The notes below the pieces were generated by a model. The model ran no database searches and was not told the DNA's origin. It was given only the letters and a program-made list of their open reading frames with translations. A stretch of 64,000 nucleotides of DNA from Antechinus flavipes. Its lineage: Eukaryota. Numbering within the stretch: the first letter of the stretch is position 1; each line of letters begins with the position of its first letter. The stretch is taken from the NCBI RefSeq assembly GCF_016432865.1, contig NC_067398.1, positions 208,878,001 through 208,942,000 on the forward strand, in the 5' to 3' direction. Positions 1 to 12,095 of the stretch are shown here, in pieces. The translations under genes and the position numbers were made by a program.

Positions 1-154
1 GCTCCCAAAGAACTCATCATTTTTATTTCAGAAATCAATGCCTTCTTGTTGCTCAGAATCAGATTCAGAATAGCATTTCCTTTTGTTATTTCATTCATTT
101 GAAAAAAAAAAGAAATTATCATTGTCAAGAATTTGGCTACAAAGTTATATCAAT

Positions 155-290
155 AAATTAATCCATCAATAAGTATCAAGCACCTACTATATGCCAGGCA
201 CTGGGTGAGGTGCTGGGGGATACAAATACAAAGAATGAAACAATCCATTCCAGCAGGATTACATTTTAATGGGGAAGACAATATATAACA
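155..290 (-). mobile_element. L2 LINE 3' end
   Basis: 'caataagtatcaagcacctactatatgccaggcactgggtgaggtgctgggggataca' matches the reverse complement of the L2 3' terminus (recalled consensus). Confidence 0.75.
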
Positions 291-299
291 TGCTCCCAC

Positions 300-1275
300 A
301 CTACTTTAAATAAAAATGGACAGAAATTAATTGCCTCTCACATCCCCTATCGCGTTAAAAAAAGGAAAGATAAACAATTTTTTTGCAAGAAATATGCATA
401 GAAAAATAAATTCCCTTAGTGGCTATTTATAAAAAATATAGATATCTCTAAATCCATTATCTTTCTGTCATGGATAGGATTTTTCATCATAGATTCTCTG
501 GAATCATAACTAGTCCCTTTATTGATGAGAGTTCTCCTATCTTTCAAAGTTGTTTGTATTTATACCATTGTTGTTATTGTATAACTTGCTCCCCTGTTTC
601 TACTCATTTCATTCTTGTTCACTTTTAAAAAGTCTTCAAAGTAGTTCTTTAATATTGATACTTTAGCATAAATTGTTTTTCTGATTTTGTTTACTTCACT
701 CTGCATTCTTTCANNNNNNNNNNNNNNNNNNNNNNNNNNNNNNNNNNNNNNNNNNNNNNNNNNNNNNNNNNNNNNNNNNNNNNNNNNNNNNNNNNNNNNN
801 NNNNNNNNNNNNNNNNNNNNNNNNNNNNNNNNNNNNNNNNNNNNNNNNNNNNNNNNNNNNNNNNNNNNNNNNNNNNNNNNNNNNNNNNNNNNNNNNNNNN
901 NNNNNNNNNNNNNNNNNNNNNNNNNNNNNNNNNNNNNNNNNNNNNNNNNNNNNNNNNNNNNNNNNNNNNNNNNNNNNNNNNNNNNNNNNNNNNNNNNNAA
1001 TTGGGGTTAAGTGACTTGCCCAGTCAGGGCTGATGCTCTGTCCATTACACCAACTAGATGCCCCTTCTCATATATTTTTGAAATGATATATTTCCTTATT
1101 TTGTATAGCATAATAGTATTCATTACATTTATATAGTCCATCTTAATTAGCCATTCTTTATTTGATAGGAATCTCCTTATTTACCATTTTTTTTCCACTA
1201 CAAAAAGCATTGTTAAAATATTTGGTATATATATATAGACCTTTTCCTCTTTTATTGATCTATTTGGAGCATAGG
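300..1275 (-). mobile_element. Old L1: 3'UTR and ORF2 C-terminal end, interrupted by the N-gap and a SINE fragment (about 1000-1040)
   Basis: Degenerate match to reverse-complement L1 3' end (e.g. 'atagtattcattacatttatatag...ttagccattc...ccactacaaaaag'); homologous to 14560-14760 in this window. Confidence 0.7.
714..998. other. Assembly gap (285 N)
   Basis: Run of N. Confidence 1.
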
Positions 1276-1284
1276 TTTCCAAAC

Positions 1285-2575
1285 AAAACAAAAAGTATTA
1301 CATAAAGCCAGAAAAAGATAAGCCAAATATCAGTGAAATAAATTAGGTTCACACAATATTAACAGCTACTACTATACAAAAGTGGACAACATGGAATGAG
1401 ATATTCCAAAAGGCAAAAAATAATGAACTACAATCAAAAATAACTTACTGAAAAAATTGGAGTGTGATCCTACATAGAAATGCAATAGACCTTCAGTGAA
1501 ATAAAGGAGCTTCAAATATCCCTGATGGGAAAAAAGCTGAAAAGAAACTCTTAAATCCAAAAATGAGACTCAGGAGAAAAATACAAAAATAAAAGGCAAC
1601 TACAAGTGAAAAATCAGAAAGAATTTTGTAAGGATGAACTTTTTGCATTCTAATGAAAAAGAGGTAATATTAAAAGGAATTATTTAGAATCCTAATGTTA
1701 CAAAGGGTCATACAGGTAGTCCATTTAGACAGAAGGCCTATAAATAGTTTTGCTATGTTTAAAAAAAAAGAAAAGGGGGAGGGAGAGGATGCTTTAGAAG
1801 AAGAAAGAAGAAAAGATGAGAGAATATTTTCAAACACATAATCTGGCTGTGTAAGTTGAAGTATATGCACACATGAAAGGAATAAGGAAAATGAGCATCA
1901 CTTGACCTTCACTTTCCTCTAAATTGCTCAAAAGAGGAAAGAACACACATACTCCAAGAGCTGGATATAAAAATATATCCAAATCAAAAGGGATCCTATA
2001 GAACCAGGAAGATGGGAAAGAGGAATATAAGAAAAACTGTAGATTCAGGGGAGGGATAGTCATAAGTAAAATAATATTATTAAACATAGAGAAGACACAG
2101 TGAAAAGAAGGCCAAAAGGAAAAATAGAAAGGAAAATAAGTTTAGACAAATGGGGAATCATGCATATAGAGAAGAAAAGTCAAGAGAATAGAATCGAGGG
2201 AAATAATCATTTAATGATAATAACTATGTTAACGAGATGTATTCATCATAAAACAAAAGCAAATAGATTAGAAAACAAAATCCAACAATATGTTGCTTTT
2301 AAGGAATAAGAGTGTAGTGCCTTTGGTGCTTACTTGTTGGGAAAACTGTTTTGCTATCACACACACTAGTAAATCTAGGGCTACAACTTTAAGGACCTCA
2401 CAGATAGGAACATCATACAAAAGATTACCCTGCTATGTCTTTTAGTATTTCAAAAAATGGCCAATTAGCTTTGTTAAATGTAGCAACCCAGGGATTTTGA
2501 AGCATAAAGACACAAGTTAAAATGGTAACAAAACACAAAAAAGCAAAAGTAGCAATTATCTGTCTATCTTACTAA
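1285..2575 (+). mobile_element. Old L1 relic: ORF1 C-terminal part, inter-ORF region and start of the ORF2 endonuclease
   Basis: 'acatggaatgagatattccaaaaggca...ctacaatcaaaaataacttac' resembles ORF1 WNxIFQKAK...LQPRITY; 2200-2310 resembles the EN N-terminus ('aaaatccaacaatatgttgc', like KQNPTICC). Many stops. Confidence 0.75.
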
Positions 2576-2809
2576 ATCTCTGTGAAACCTATAAGAATAA
2601 AGATAACTACTTACATTAAAATCTCGTGTTCACCTTTTTTATTGCTTGTACAACATATAATTGTTTATAGATATTAAAGATAGCAACTTTTGTTTTGGGC
2701 TTTCTTTTAGCATATTGTTTCCTTTATACTATTGATTCGTTCTGTTCATAATTTTTCAGCACTATACATTACCTATACCTTGTATTTATGGAATATATGA
2801 GATATTTAG

Positions 2810-3320
2810 GGAGGACAAGCATCTTATGTGTAAGGACTTGTTGAGCCCTTTTCAGGACTGCTTATACACCTTTGATGTTAACCTTCATCCAGTTCTCACC
2901 TGTGACTCCAAGAAGCTGTAGCAAATGCAGTGGTTACACTTAGGTAAACTGTCTTGACAAACTAAACTAGTTGAGGATAACCAAAAAGCCTCAAACCTAT
3001 CAGTGATTTAGAAGGATGTCTACCCAAACATGGGATGATTTCTCCTGGCTGAATAGATGCATGAGTACTTGTCCCAATGGGTATAAAGTCAGCTGAAGCA
3101 GGTACTGTAGAACACTTAGAGCTTGGTTAGACATCAAAGGTGACACTGAATCTTGGTCCATTATCAGTTATCTTGACTTTTGTCTCAACACTGGACTTTG
3201 ATCACCCAAGAAGAAAGAAACTCTCAACTTTGTACAACTCTGCCTCACTTAAATCCAATTCATGTGCAAGTCTAGACATCATTGTGATATCATAGAGCTT
3301 CTTTGAAAACAAAACAATAA
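2810..3320 (+). mobile_element. RTE-family non-autonomous element (WALLSI/RTESINE-like)
   Basis: Carries the marsupial RTE-type body and 3' tail ('cctcacttaaatccaattc...ctttgaaaac') shared with 34200-34295 of this window. Confidence 0.7.
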
Positions 3321-3401
3321 CATATGTCTTGGCAGATATATATGGGCAATTTTCTCCTTACCTCTTGTTTTTCAGTTCAAAACCATCTTGATCACATTTA
3401 T

Positions 3402-3965
3402 TTTTTATTTTTTAAATTAATTAATTAATTTAAAAAAATAACTTTTTATTGACAGAACCCATGCCAGGGTAATTTTTTACAACATTATCCCTTGCATTCA
3501 CTTCTGTTCCAATTTTCCCCCTCCCTCTCTCCACCCCCTCCCCCAAATGGCAAGCAGTCCTATACATGTTAAATAGGTTACAGTATATCCTAGATACAAT
3601 ATATGTGTGCAGTATAGAACAGTTCTCTTGTTCCTCAGGGAAAATTGGATTCAGAAGGTATAAACAACCTGGGAAGAAAAACAACAATGCAAGCAGTTTA
3701 CATTCATTTCCCAGTATTCTTTCTTTGGGTGTAGCTGCTTCTGTCCATCATTGATCAATTGGAACTGAGTTAGATCTCTTTGTCAACGAAATCCACTTCT
3801 ATCAGAATACATCCTCATACAGTATCGTTGTTGAGGTATATAATGATCTTGGTGTACGGTGTTACATGTGGGTCAATGTCTAGTTTCTCCCATACTAATT
3901 CCCAGTTTTCCCAGCAATTTTTGTCAAATAATACATTCTTATCCCAAAAACTGGGGTCTTTGGGT
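3402..3965 (-). mobile_element. Dasyurid-type L1, 5'-truncated with an internal deletion
   Basis: Perfect 14-bp TSD TTGATCACATTTAT at 3388-3401 and 3966-3979. L1 3'UTR is followed by an internal ORF2 piece matching 15380-15500. Confidence 0.95.
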
Positions 3966-4559
3966 TTGATCACATTTATAAGAATCTAGGTAAATATGTT
4001 TTTATTGGTCCTTGTAATTATACACCATATCATTGAACAATAAATATCATTCTAATTTTTTGAGTCATGGTTTAGAAATTCATGCATTATTATTTTAAAA
4101 AGATTTTTAAAAAAAGATTTCACTAGCTATTCACTTTTGAAATTTTACCTTTTTTTCTGAAGCCCCTTCTACCAGTCATTAACAGTGATAAAAATATTAC
4201 TTGTACCCCAAATAGCTTCATAACCAATAATCCATAATATCTAGCACTTTGTTCAAGCAACACTTTCTAGATTATTTCTAAATGTTATTTGTTTCCACAT
4301 GAGAAAATAGGTCTTGGGAGGGATTTCTATAATATCCTAGATAAATATTCCAGGAAAATAGAATGTTTTTTATTGTCTGATTTTTATAAAATCATCTTGA
4401 TGCTGCTTATCAAGAAGTCATAAACCATCAGTACCTCTCTGGATTATCTGTCTCCTAATGCTACCCATAAATCTATCACATTCCTTGTTTTTTTATGAGA
4501 GGGAATAGCTTCACCTTCTATGTCATATTAATTATATAAATATAGGATGATCTTTCTTA

Positions 4560-4970
4560 AATTTTATTTATTTAATATTTTGCCCCAGTTACATTCAAGA
4601 CAATTTTTTACATTTGTTTTTAAAATTTTTGAGTTATAGGTTCTCTCTCTTACCTCCACCCACACAATGAAGAAACCACATATGAATTTATGAAAAACAT
4701 TTCCATAAAAGTTAAGAAAAGAAAACATAGATTTCCCATCTTAATGAAAATAAAAGACCCAAGAAAAATTAAGTTAAGAGAGAGAGAGAGGGAAAGAAAA
4801 AAAAAAGAGAGACAGAGTCAGAGACAGAAACAAGGAATGCTTCATTCTGTATTTATACATAATCAGTTCTTTCTCTGGGTATGGATAGATTTTTCATAAG
4901 TCCTTCAGGGTAGTCATGGATGATTATACTACTGAGAATAGAAAAGTCATTTATAGCTTGTCATTCCAGT
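4560..4970 (-). mobile_element. Older marsupial L1 3' end
   Basis: T-rich tail then reverse-complement L1 3'UTR ('cagttctttctctgggtatggatag...gagaatagaaaagtcatt'). Confidence 0.7.
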
Positions 4971-5184
4971 TGATGTTTTTTAAGATCATAAATTATAGCT
5001 ATAAGGAACCTCAGAAACTATCTAGTCTACCAAACTAATTTTTCAAAAATGGAAAATGTTTCCATTTCTTTTCTATATCATGTTCTACCTTTTATTCTCC
5101 TGATACATGCGATAATTCTCTTCCTCTGCCTCTTCAGATATTCTTCCTTTGTTCTTTTTCACTAAGGTGGTAGTAAAGGGAAGA

Positions 5185-5440
5185 CAAGCTAGGTAACAAA
5201 GTGGATAGAGCCTTGGGCCTAGAGTCAGGAGACTTAACTGTTTAAGTTCACATCTGATTTCAGGCATGTACTAGCTGTGTGATCCTGAGCAAGTCACTAA
5301 ATCCTGCTTACCTTAGTTTTCTCATATGTAAAATGATCTGGAGCAGGAAATGGCAAATAATTTTAGCATCTTTGCCAAGAAAACCCTACATGACATTACA
5401 AAGGGTTAAATGCGACTGAAGTAATTGGACATCAACAACA
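5185..5440 (+). mobile_element. MAR1-like SINE
   Basis: tRNA-derived head plus CORE plus tail 'ggaaatggcaaat...atctttgccaagaaaacc...gactgaa...caacaac'. Confidence 0.85.
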
Positions 5441-5624
5441 GCAATGGCAGGTTGTGAGGGAGACTCACAGGTATTTTTTCATTTTAGAACTACTCATTAG
5501 TAAGTACTACCTTTCTTTCCCATTAATGTTCAATAATCAGGGTCAAGCAATGTTCAAATATAATGATGCTGTTGCACAGCATCTATGTGTAGGGAAATCA
5601 AAAATTGTTGTCTTTTTCCTATTT

Positions 5625-5729
5625 AGGAGGACCTGAGTTCAAATTTGGCCTCAGACACTAAACACTTCCTAGCTGTGTGACCCTGGGAAAGTCACTTAAC
5701 CTCAATTGCCTCAGCAAAAAAAAAAAAAA
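5625..5729 (+). mobile_element. WSINE1-like SINE, 5'-truncated, with A14 tail
   Basis: 'aggaggacctgagttcaaatttggcctcagacactaaacacttcctagctgtgtgaccctggg...aattgcctcagc' followed by poly(A). Confidence 0.85.
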
Positions 5730-5734
5730 GTATG

Positions 5735-5875
5735 CTGGGTGACTATACATGCAGAATCCATGACAGATTACTTGCCTTCTCAATGGGGGAAGGAAGAGAG
5801 GAAAGAGAAAATTTGTAACTAAAAGCTATTGTTATATACAATTGGTAAAAAAAAAAATCAAATTAAAAAAGAGGT
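5735..5875 (+). mobile_element. L1 3'UTR fragment
   Basis: 'cagattacttgccttctcaatgggggaagg...aaaatttgtaact' followed by an A-rich tail. Confidence 0.6.
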
Positions 5876-6869
5876 AAAAAAGAATGTATTCTGGAGATTC
5901 ATTAGTCTTAGGGTAGACAGATTGGAGGAACACATAGTCTAGGCTGAAATTCAATTGGGTAAATAGAAAGCCAATCTGAGGTCAAATTCAGGAATTTTTA
6001 AAAACAATTGATCCAGAGGTCTAGACAGAAATGAGATGAATTAGAAAGCAAAAAAATTCATAACCAAGATGAGGAGAATGAGAAGAGAAAGAGCTATGGA
6101 CTTTATAGAACAAGGCAAGGAGGCAAATATCATAGCAGAGAAAAGTGTGGAATGTTGGTGAATGTTTCATATGAGAAGCCAAGACTGAGACTGACCTTTT
6201 ATGTCAGTGATAGCAAGTTATATTTCATCTTCCCTTATTTGTACCCATATAGCTGGACACTGTCATTCCCCTTAGACAGTTTAAGGCCACGGTCCAACGA
6301 AATAGAATTAATTCAATACCATAATGACTCTGAGACAGAAGTGATACAGTGACTTAGTGTGCACCTGACTTCACTAGGAGAGCTGCTTCTTTCTGTTAAT
6401 GATCCATCTGATGTTATTCTACAGCAGTTAGCAAATTTCTGCTCTTTCTGTATTTCTCAATTCCAGCAATACTAAATCTTCTCTAACAGGCTTTTTGAGT
6501 TCATTCTCCCAACCATGACTCACAGTGATAGGTTAGTTACCCAAAGGGCTGCTGATAGTACCTTTCAATATCTCCTAACCATAATATCTTTCCATAGTAT
6601 TGATTAATAAGTTAACATCAATTAGCTATTACAAAATAATATGTACTGAGAAGTTATAGCATGGATAAAAATTATAAAAATATGCCTCAACTGGAGACAT
6701 ATTCTTCCCTTGTATACATAATGTGCCTAGAGAGACTGGACTTAAATTTAAACATAAAAGTAGACATATACATTGCAAATATGTGAGGCTTAAAAATAAC
6801 TTGTATCTGTCTTTGGGAGTTTTTTCCTCCTTGCAATGAATCTTCATCAATTTTGTGTCTATCTCACTC

Positions 6870-7952
6870 AGCTGCATTGGCTCTTACTGGACCCAGATTA
6901 TATATAGGTTTATAAAAACTGATTGTTAAATTTTTAGTATGAATATTTTCACCTTAGAAAGTGCCATACCAGAAACTGGAAACTGAGTGGATGCCCATCA
7001 ATTGGAGAATGAATAAATTGTGGTATATGAATATTATGGAATATTATTGTTCAGTAAGAAATGACCAGTGGTACGATTTCAGAAAGGCCTGGAGAAACTT
7101 ACACGAACTGATGCTGAGTGAAATGAGCAGGGCCAGGAGATCATTATACACTTCAATAACAATACTGTATGAGGATCAATTCTGATGGACCTGGCCATCT
7201 TCAGCAATGAGATGAACCAAATCAGTTCCAATGCAGCAGTAATGAATTGAACCAGCTACACCCAGGGAAAGAACTCTGGGAGATAACTAAGAACCATTAC
7301 ATTGAATTCCCAATCCCTATATTTTCACCTGCCTGCATTTTGGATTTCCTTCACAGGCTAATTGTACAATATTTCAGAATCGGATTCTTTTTGTATAGCA
7401 AAATAATGGTTTGGTCATATATACTTATTGTGTATCTAATTTATATTTTAATATATTTAACACCTACTGGTCATCCTGCCATCTAGGGGAGGGGATGGGG
7501 GGAAGGAAGGGAAAAATTGGAACAAAAAGTTCGGCAATTGTCAATGCTGTAAAATTACCCATACATATAACTTGTAAATAAAAAGCTATTAAAATTTTTT
7601 TTTAATTGGAACAGAAACGAGTGCAAGGGATAATGTTGTAAAAAAATTACCCTGGCATGGATTCTGTCAATATAAAGTTATTATAAAATAAAATAAAATA
7701 TTTTTTAAAAAAAGTTTTTTTCCTTCAGTAAAATTTTTTTTAAAAGTGCCATAAATCAGAGCTTGATTTATTGTTTTGTTTCTTATATAGACAAGAAAGT
7801 AATGGAGAAGTATGCATATTAAATTTAGAAATATATTGAATATGCTCAACTTTATTTTTTTGCTTTTTAATTTTTAAATTTATTTTTAATTTTTCTTATT
7901 TATTAAAAAAATTTTTTTTAAACATTGTTAAACATTTACCAAGACAGTCCTG
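6870..7952 (+). mobile_element. MER63-like hAT (Blackjack-type) DNA transposon fossil, split by an L1
   Basis: 'gattgttaaatttttag...aaatcagagcttgatttattgttttg...attgttaaacatttacc' match recalled MER63; homologous to 31563-31777. Confidence 0.7.
6969..7742 (+). mobile_element. Dasyurid L1 3' end (ORF2 C-terminus and 3'UTR) with a second short L1 tail nested in its tail
   Basis: ORF 6961-7185 matches the ORF2 C-terminus (NKLWYMNIMEYYCSVRND...). Outer TSD AAAGTGCCATA at 6958-6968 and 7743-7753. Confidence 0.95.
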
Positions 7953-8519
7953 GCTAAATATCTGCTTAAATTCTATTCCTTTTCTGAGCTGGGGCAAAAA
8001 AGTCCATTCAGTTATTCTTTAGTATACTTGGCTGCTATGACCCTGAGTAGACCTCAACCTGTTCCAAGAGCTGAGGAGAATAGTAGCTTTTATGATCTAT
8101 TGAAACTCAGAATTGACCCGTTGGCTCTGTCATTTACCTGTGATCCAGAAAGAATAAATGCAAAAGAGTCAATAGAAAAAGAGAGAAGTCATATGTTCAG
8201 GGACCAAAATAAAATACAGAAAGAGACAGAAAGAGACAGAAATAATTTCCTCAAACTTTTTTGAATATTCACTCAGTTTCAGCTCATCCTCTTCTGCATC
8301 ACAAATAAATGTTATTTTGTCATAACAGTATTAACTTTGAGTCATTTCAGTTTCTGAAATTTGATGTCTTGGATTGGTAGCAATCATTAGATATTGCACA
8401 TGTTCTATATAGCAAAGAAGAAGGTCAGATCCTCACGTGTTCTCAGAATTGGCTAGTCTTCTCATTTCATCTTAACTACTGAATACTAAACCATCATATT
8501 CACTGTTTTTCATTCTAAT

Positions 8520-9310
8520 ACACTTAAACCCTATCACTCCCAAGTCCCTCTCTGATCTTTTTGCCTCTTCTACTTTGCATGTGGAACTTCCAGTCCATAA
8601 TTAAGTAACTTCCTTTCACCTCTTCCTCTCATTCCATCTTCTGGCATTATTTATAGAGAACTGGATCCTCCAAAAGAAAATACATCACTGGAACATATTT
8701 CTAATATTGGTTGTACTTTGTCTCATACATCTGATTCACTGGTCCTTGAAGAGAGATCAAAATATACCTTATTCCCAACTGGTACATGAAGACTCTCCCA
8801 TCATCAGTCATCTCTTTCTTTGAGTTTTACTGTATTCAGATTTGCTATCTGATCCAATCCAGGTGGCTATTATCTATTGGCCTCTAGGATGTTCTCTCTC
8901 CTTTCTTAATGAATTCAAGGTATGACTCATAGTCTCTTCTATCCCAAACCCTGATCCTATCCTAGGAAATTTTAGTATACATGGTGATGTTTCTAACATC
9001 TAGATTCCTCAAACTACTTTCTCTTTTATTCTACCTACACAAGCTTTGGTCAAACCCTTGATCTTGCACTCACTTACTTCCATGATCCAAAATCATGAAA
9101 TTCTTTTATTCAATCATGGTCTTCTATAATTTCATCTTTCCCTATGATTTACTTCTCTTAAACCTATTCTTTATCCTCACTTTGATCTCCAATCCTTTCA
9201 CTACTAATTACTTTCCCAGTAATCACCTGTAAATTATTTAAATTATCTTTACTTCCTAATTTCAACTTCTAGTTAGTTCACAGTTTATACTATTGAATAT
9301 CTTACATTGC
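8520..9310 (+). mobile_element. L2 ORF2 endonuclease-region relic
   Basis: Degenerate IYxPxG.S.SFLNEF...LGxFxIH pattern ('attatctattggcctctagg...cttaatgaattc...cctaggaaattttagtatacat'). Confidence 0.65.
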
Positions 9311-9894
9311 ACTGGTAGTGGAAAGGTCCATATTGTTGAGTTCAAAGATTCTCTTGATCTATTGTATTCACTAAGATATTTTGTATATATATAGATCCCT
9401 CAACGCTTTCAAGATTTTGTTGTCTCCACAGAGTTCTCTGTGTGCATCATCTGCTATAACTTCTTGTTTCAATTTTAATTTCCAGTGTTCTTATTTTTTT
9501 TACTCTTTCACAGGACACATTGAGTAATAAAGTTTAAGAGTCCAAATATGATTGTTTCTATGCCTTTAAGGATGAAAATATTCCATTATAAAAATATTTA
9601 AGAATTTGTTTCACCATCCAAAAGACAAATCCTCTTGGAATGATGTGGCTCATGTAATGAAAAATTTTCTATTGGAATATTGTTTTCCTCTGCTGCTTTT
9701 TCCTCATCTTAAAAAGTAATACTGCTTGTAATACTTCTTGTAATCTTCCATCCACCTACATAGTGTTTTACAAATGAGTTTGTGCTCTAAACAAGTGTTG
9801 CCCTTGGCTATCTTCATTCTTTGGCAGAGAGATCAAATATTTGCTGGCTAAGGTGCTTCTTTGGCTTCCTCACCATGGTGACTACTGCAAACTC

Positions 9895-10055
9895 ATAAAA
9901 TATAGGACTGAAAGGGACATTAGGGGTCATAATCCAAATCTCTCATTTTATAGTTTAGGCCTATAGAGGTTAAGTGATTCGCCCAAATTAGTATATAGAA
10001 GAACTTGAATTCGAATCCATTTCTTCTGACTTTAAATTTAGTGCTTTTACACTAA
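9895..10055 (-). mobile_element. MIR
   Basis: 'ggactgaaagggacattaggggtcat...ctcattttatag...gaggttaagtgattcgcccaa' matches the reverse-complement CORE. Confidence 0.75.
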
Positions 10056-10299
10056 TTAAAGTTAATTGTTTAAAATATAAACAATCATTATCAATAGACA
10101 TAATTTGTCAGGTAGACATCTAAATTTAAGTACAAATTCTTGCCCAAATCCATCAATCTTTAACAAAGCTGAATATCAGTTAAACTTTGGAAATTATAAT
10201 AAACAAGGTCAATATCCAAACTATTTTCCAGTTCCCAATTTTTGGCACCAATGACTTGAATAGGTCAGGTTAGTTTTTAAGTTTGGCAAGAACAGAGAA

Positions 10300-10440
10300 G
10301 CTATCTAATCTGATCCCTACACTTTACAAATAAGGAAATTGAGGCTTAGAGAAGTAATTCACAGTTCAAGGTCACATAGGTAGTGATAGTGTCAGGATTT
10401 GAACACAAGTCCTTTTACTCTTAATCTAGCATTCTTTCCT
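10300..10440 (-). mobile_element. MIR
   Basis: 'ttacaaataaggaaattgaggcttagaga...aaggtcacataggtagtg...ggatttgaacac'. Confidence 0.75.
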
Positions 10441-10604
10441 ACTCCCCTGTGCTCAGCTCCTAAATTGATGTTGTTAAAAATTTTCTTCATTGTAGAACCT
10501 GTCAAAGCTTCTATTCTACTAGCATTCATCAACTTGATCCCAAGAATAATTGGGAAGAGAAGGACTGAATGATATGAACATTGAAACAGCTTGTTTTTCT
10601 GTAT

Positions 10605-10930
10605 CAGGGCTTCTTAAACTTTTTCCAAGAAATTATTACCCAACCTGAGGTACAAATCAATATAAAATAGGCATACAAATCAAATATTTACTAATAATAC
10701 ATAATAAAGAAATTTATTTTAAAAGAATTCATTCATATACATATAATTTTACTATTTATTAAATATGAAAACAAATTTGCATACTAATGAGATGTGTATA
10801 TGTATTTATTTTTACATAGAGAATTAAATCTTGGAAGAATATTTGATACCTTTTACTATTGCCAAATTTTTATGACCCCACATTCAGTTATGTGACCCCA
10901 AATAGGATTGCTAACCATTTAGAAGCTTTG
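10605..10930. mobile_element. hAT-Charlie-type non-autonomous DNA transposon
   Basis: Termini CAGGGCTTCTTAAACT...TTTAGAAGCTTTG form a degenerate TIR. Flanks TTCTGTAT / TTCTAAAT match at 6/8 and resemble the Charlie NTCTAGAN target. Confidence 0.75.
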
Positions 10931-11171
10931 TTCTAAATCATAAATGTGGATAGAAGCAGAAGCACTCAATGAGCAAGGAACAAATATGTAAAATCCAACA
11001 AAGCTCAGATTTTTATTATCCAATGAGTAGGGAAATTCAGTCCTGAGAGACTCAAACATGTAGATTACATCTGAGTCTATTTTTTTATCTGAAAAATAAC
11101 AAAAAGTTCTGTCTTCTATAGCATTGATATTCTAGGATTCTGTAATTAACCAGGACTTATATAGTCTAAGA

Positions 11172-11377
11172 TAGTGGGGTCAAACTCAAATAGGAAAGGA
11201 TTCCTGTAGGGAAGCTAATTGATTTAGAAAATGAAAAATTAATGTTATCTTTGTTGCATTGTGGTTTTATTTTATTTTGTTAAACATTTGCCAATTACAT
11301 TTTTAATCTGGATTAGGCCTAACTCTAGGGTTTTGAAGGTTAGTGGGGCTTGAAGACTAGGAATTTGATACCACCCT
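11172..11377. mobile_element. hAT-type MITE fossil
   Basis: Ends 'tagtggggtcaaactc' ... 'gaatttgataccac' form a degenerate TIR around an AT-rich interior. Confidence 0.55.
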
Positions 11378-11694
11378 AAAGCAAATTACTCAAGCTTCCA
11401 GGAGAATGAACATATTCTACCAGGCTCTTGGGAGAAATCTAGGTGAATAGTGTACCAACTCTGATTCTCAGTTTCCTTATCTGTGAATTAGATTGGGTGA
11501 AATTGCCTCTTTGGTCCTATCCAACTTCAAAATTTATTCAAATCTATTCAAGTCATTGGTGCTGAAAATTGGGAAACAAAAAAAAGTTGGATATTGATCT
11601 TGATTCCTTGACCTGCCAATAGAATGATCTAAATTTAAATGTTGCATCATTCGGCATTATTGGCTCTGTGAACTGGGACTGGACATTTAACCTA

Positions 11695-12095
11695 GGCAGC
11701 TAGGTTATGGATAGAGTGCTGTGCCTAGAATCTAGAAACTGTAAGTTCAAATTCTACCTCAGACCCTTTATTAGCTGTGTAAACCTGGATAAGTCACTTA
11801 CCTGCTGTCTGCCTCAGTTTCTTCAACTGTAAAATTGGGAGAAAAATAGAACCTATCCCACAAAGTTATTGTGATGATCAAATTTTAAAAGTGTGTGACA
11901 CAATAGGCACTTGGTAAATGCTTATCCTTTGTATATTTAATCTGTCTCAGCTTCAGTGTCCTAATATATAGAATAGGAACAATAATAATACCTACCTCGG
12001 CTGGGTTCTTGTGAATATCTAAATGAGAAAACAAATGTAAAATGCTCTGCAAACTTTAAATTTTTATATAAATTGTAGGTATCATCATCATTGTT
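11695..12095 (+). mobile_element. Two adjacent MIR copies
   Basis: 'ggcagctagg...ggatagagtg...agttcaaattctacctc...ctcagtttcttcaactgtaaaatt', then a second MIR 3' half from about 11940. Confidence 0.8.

Noticed and set aside
687-1010. 107-aa ORF
   Set aside because: Artefact of the N-run.
300-2575. Opposed L1 pieces resembling a twin-priming 5' inversion
   Set aside because: The outer end of the plus piece is in the EN domain, while the minus piece starts near the end of ORF2. Several kb would be missing, so two independent old insertions are simpler.
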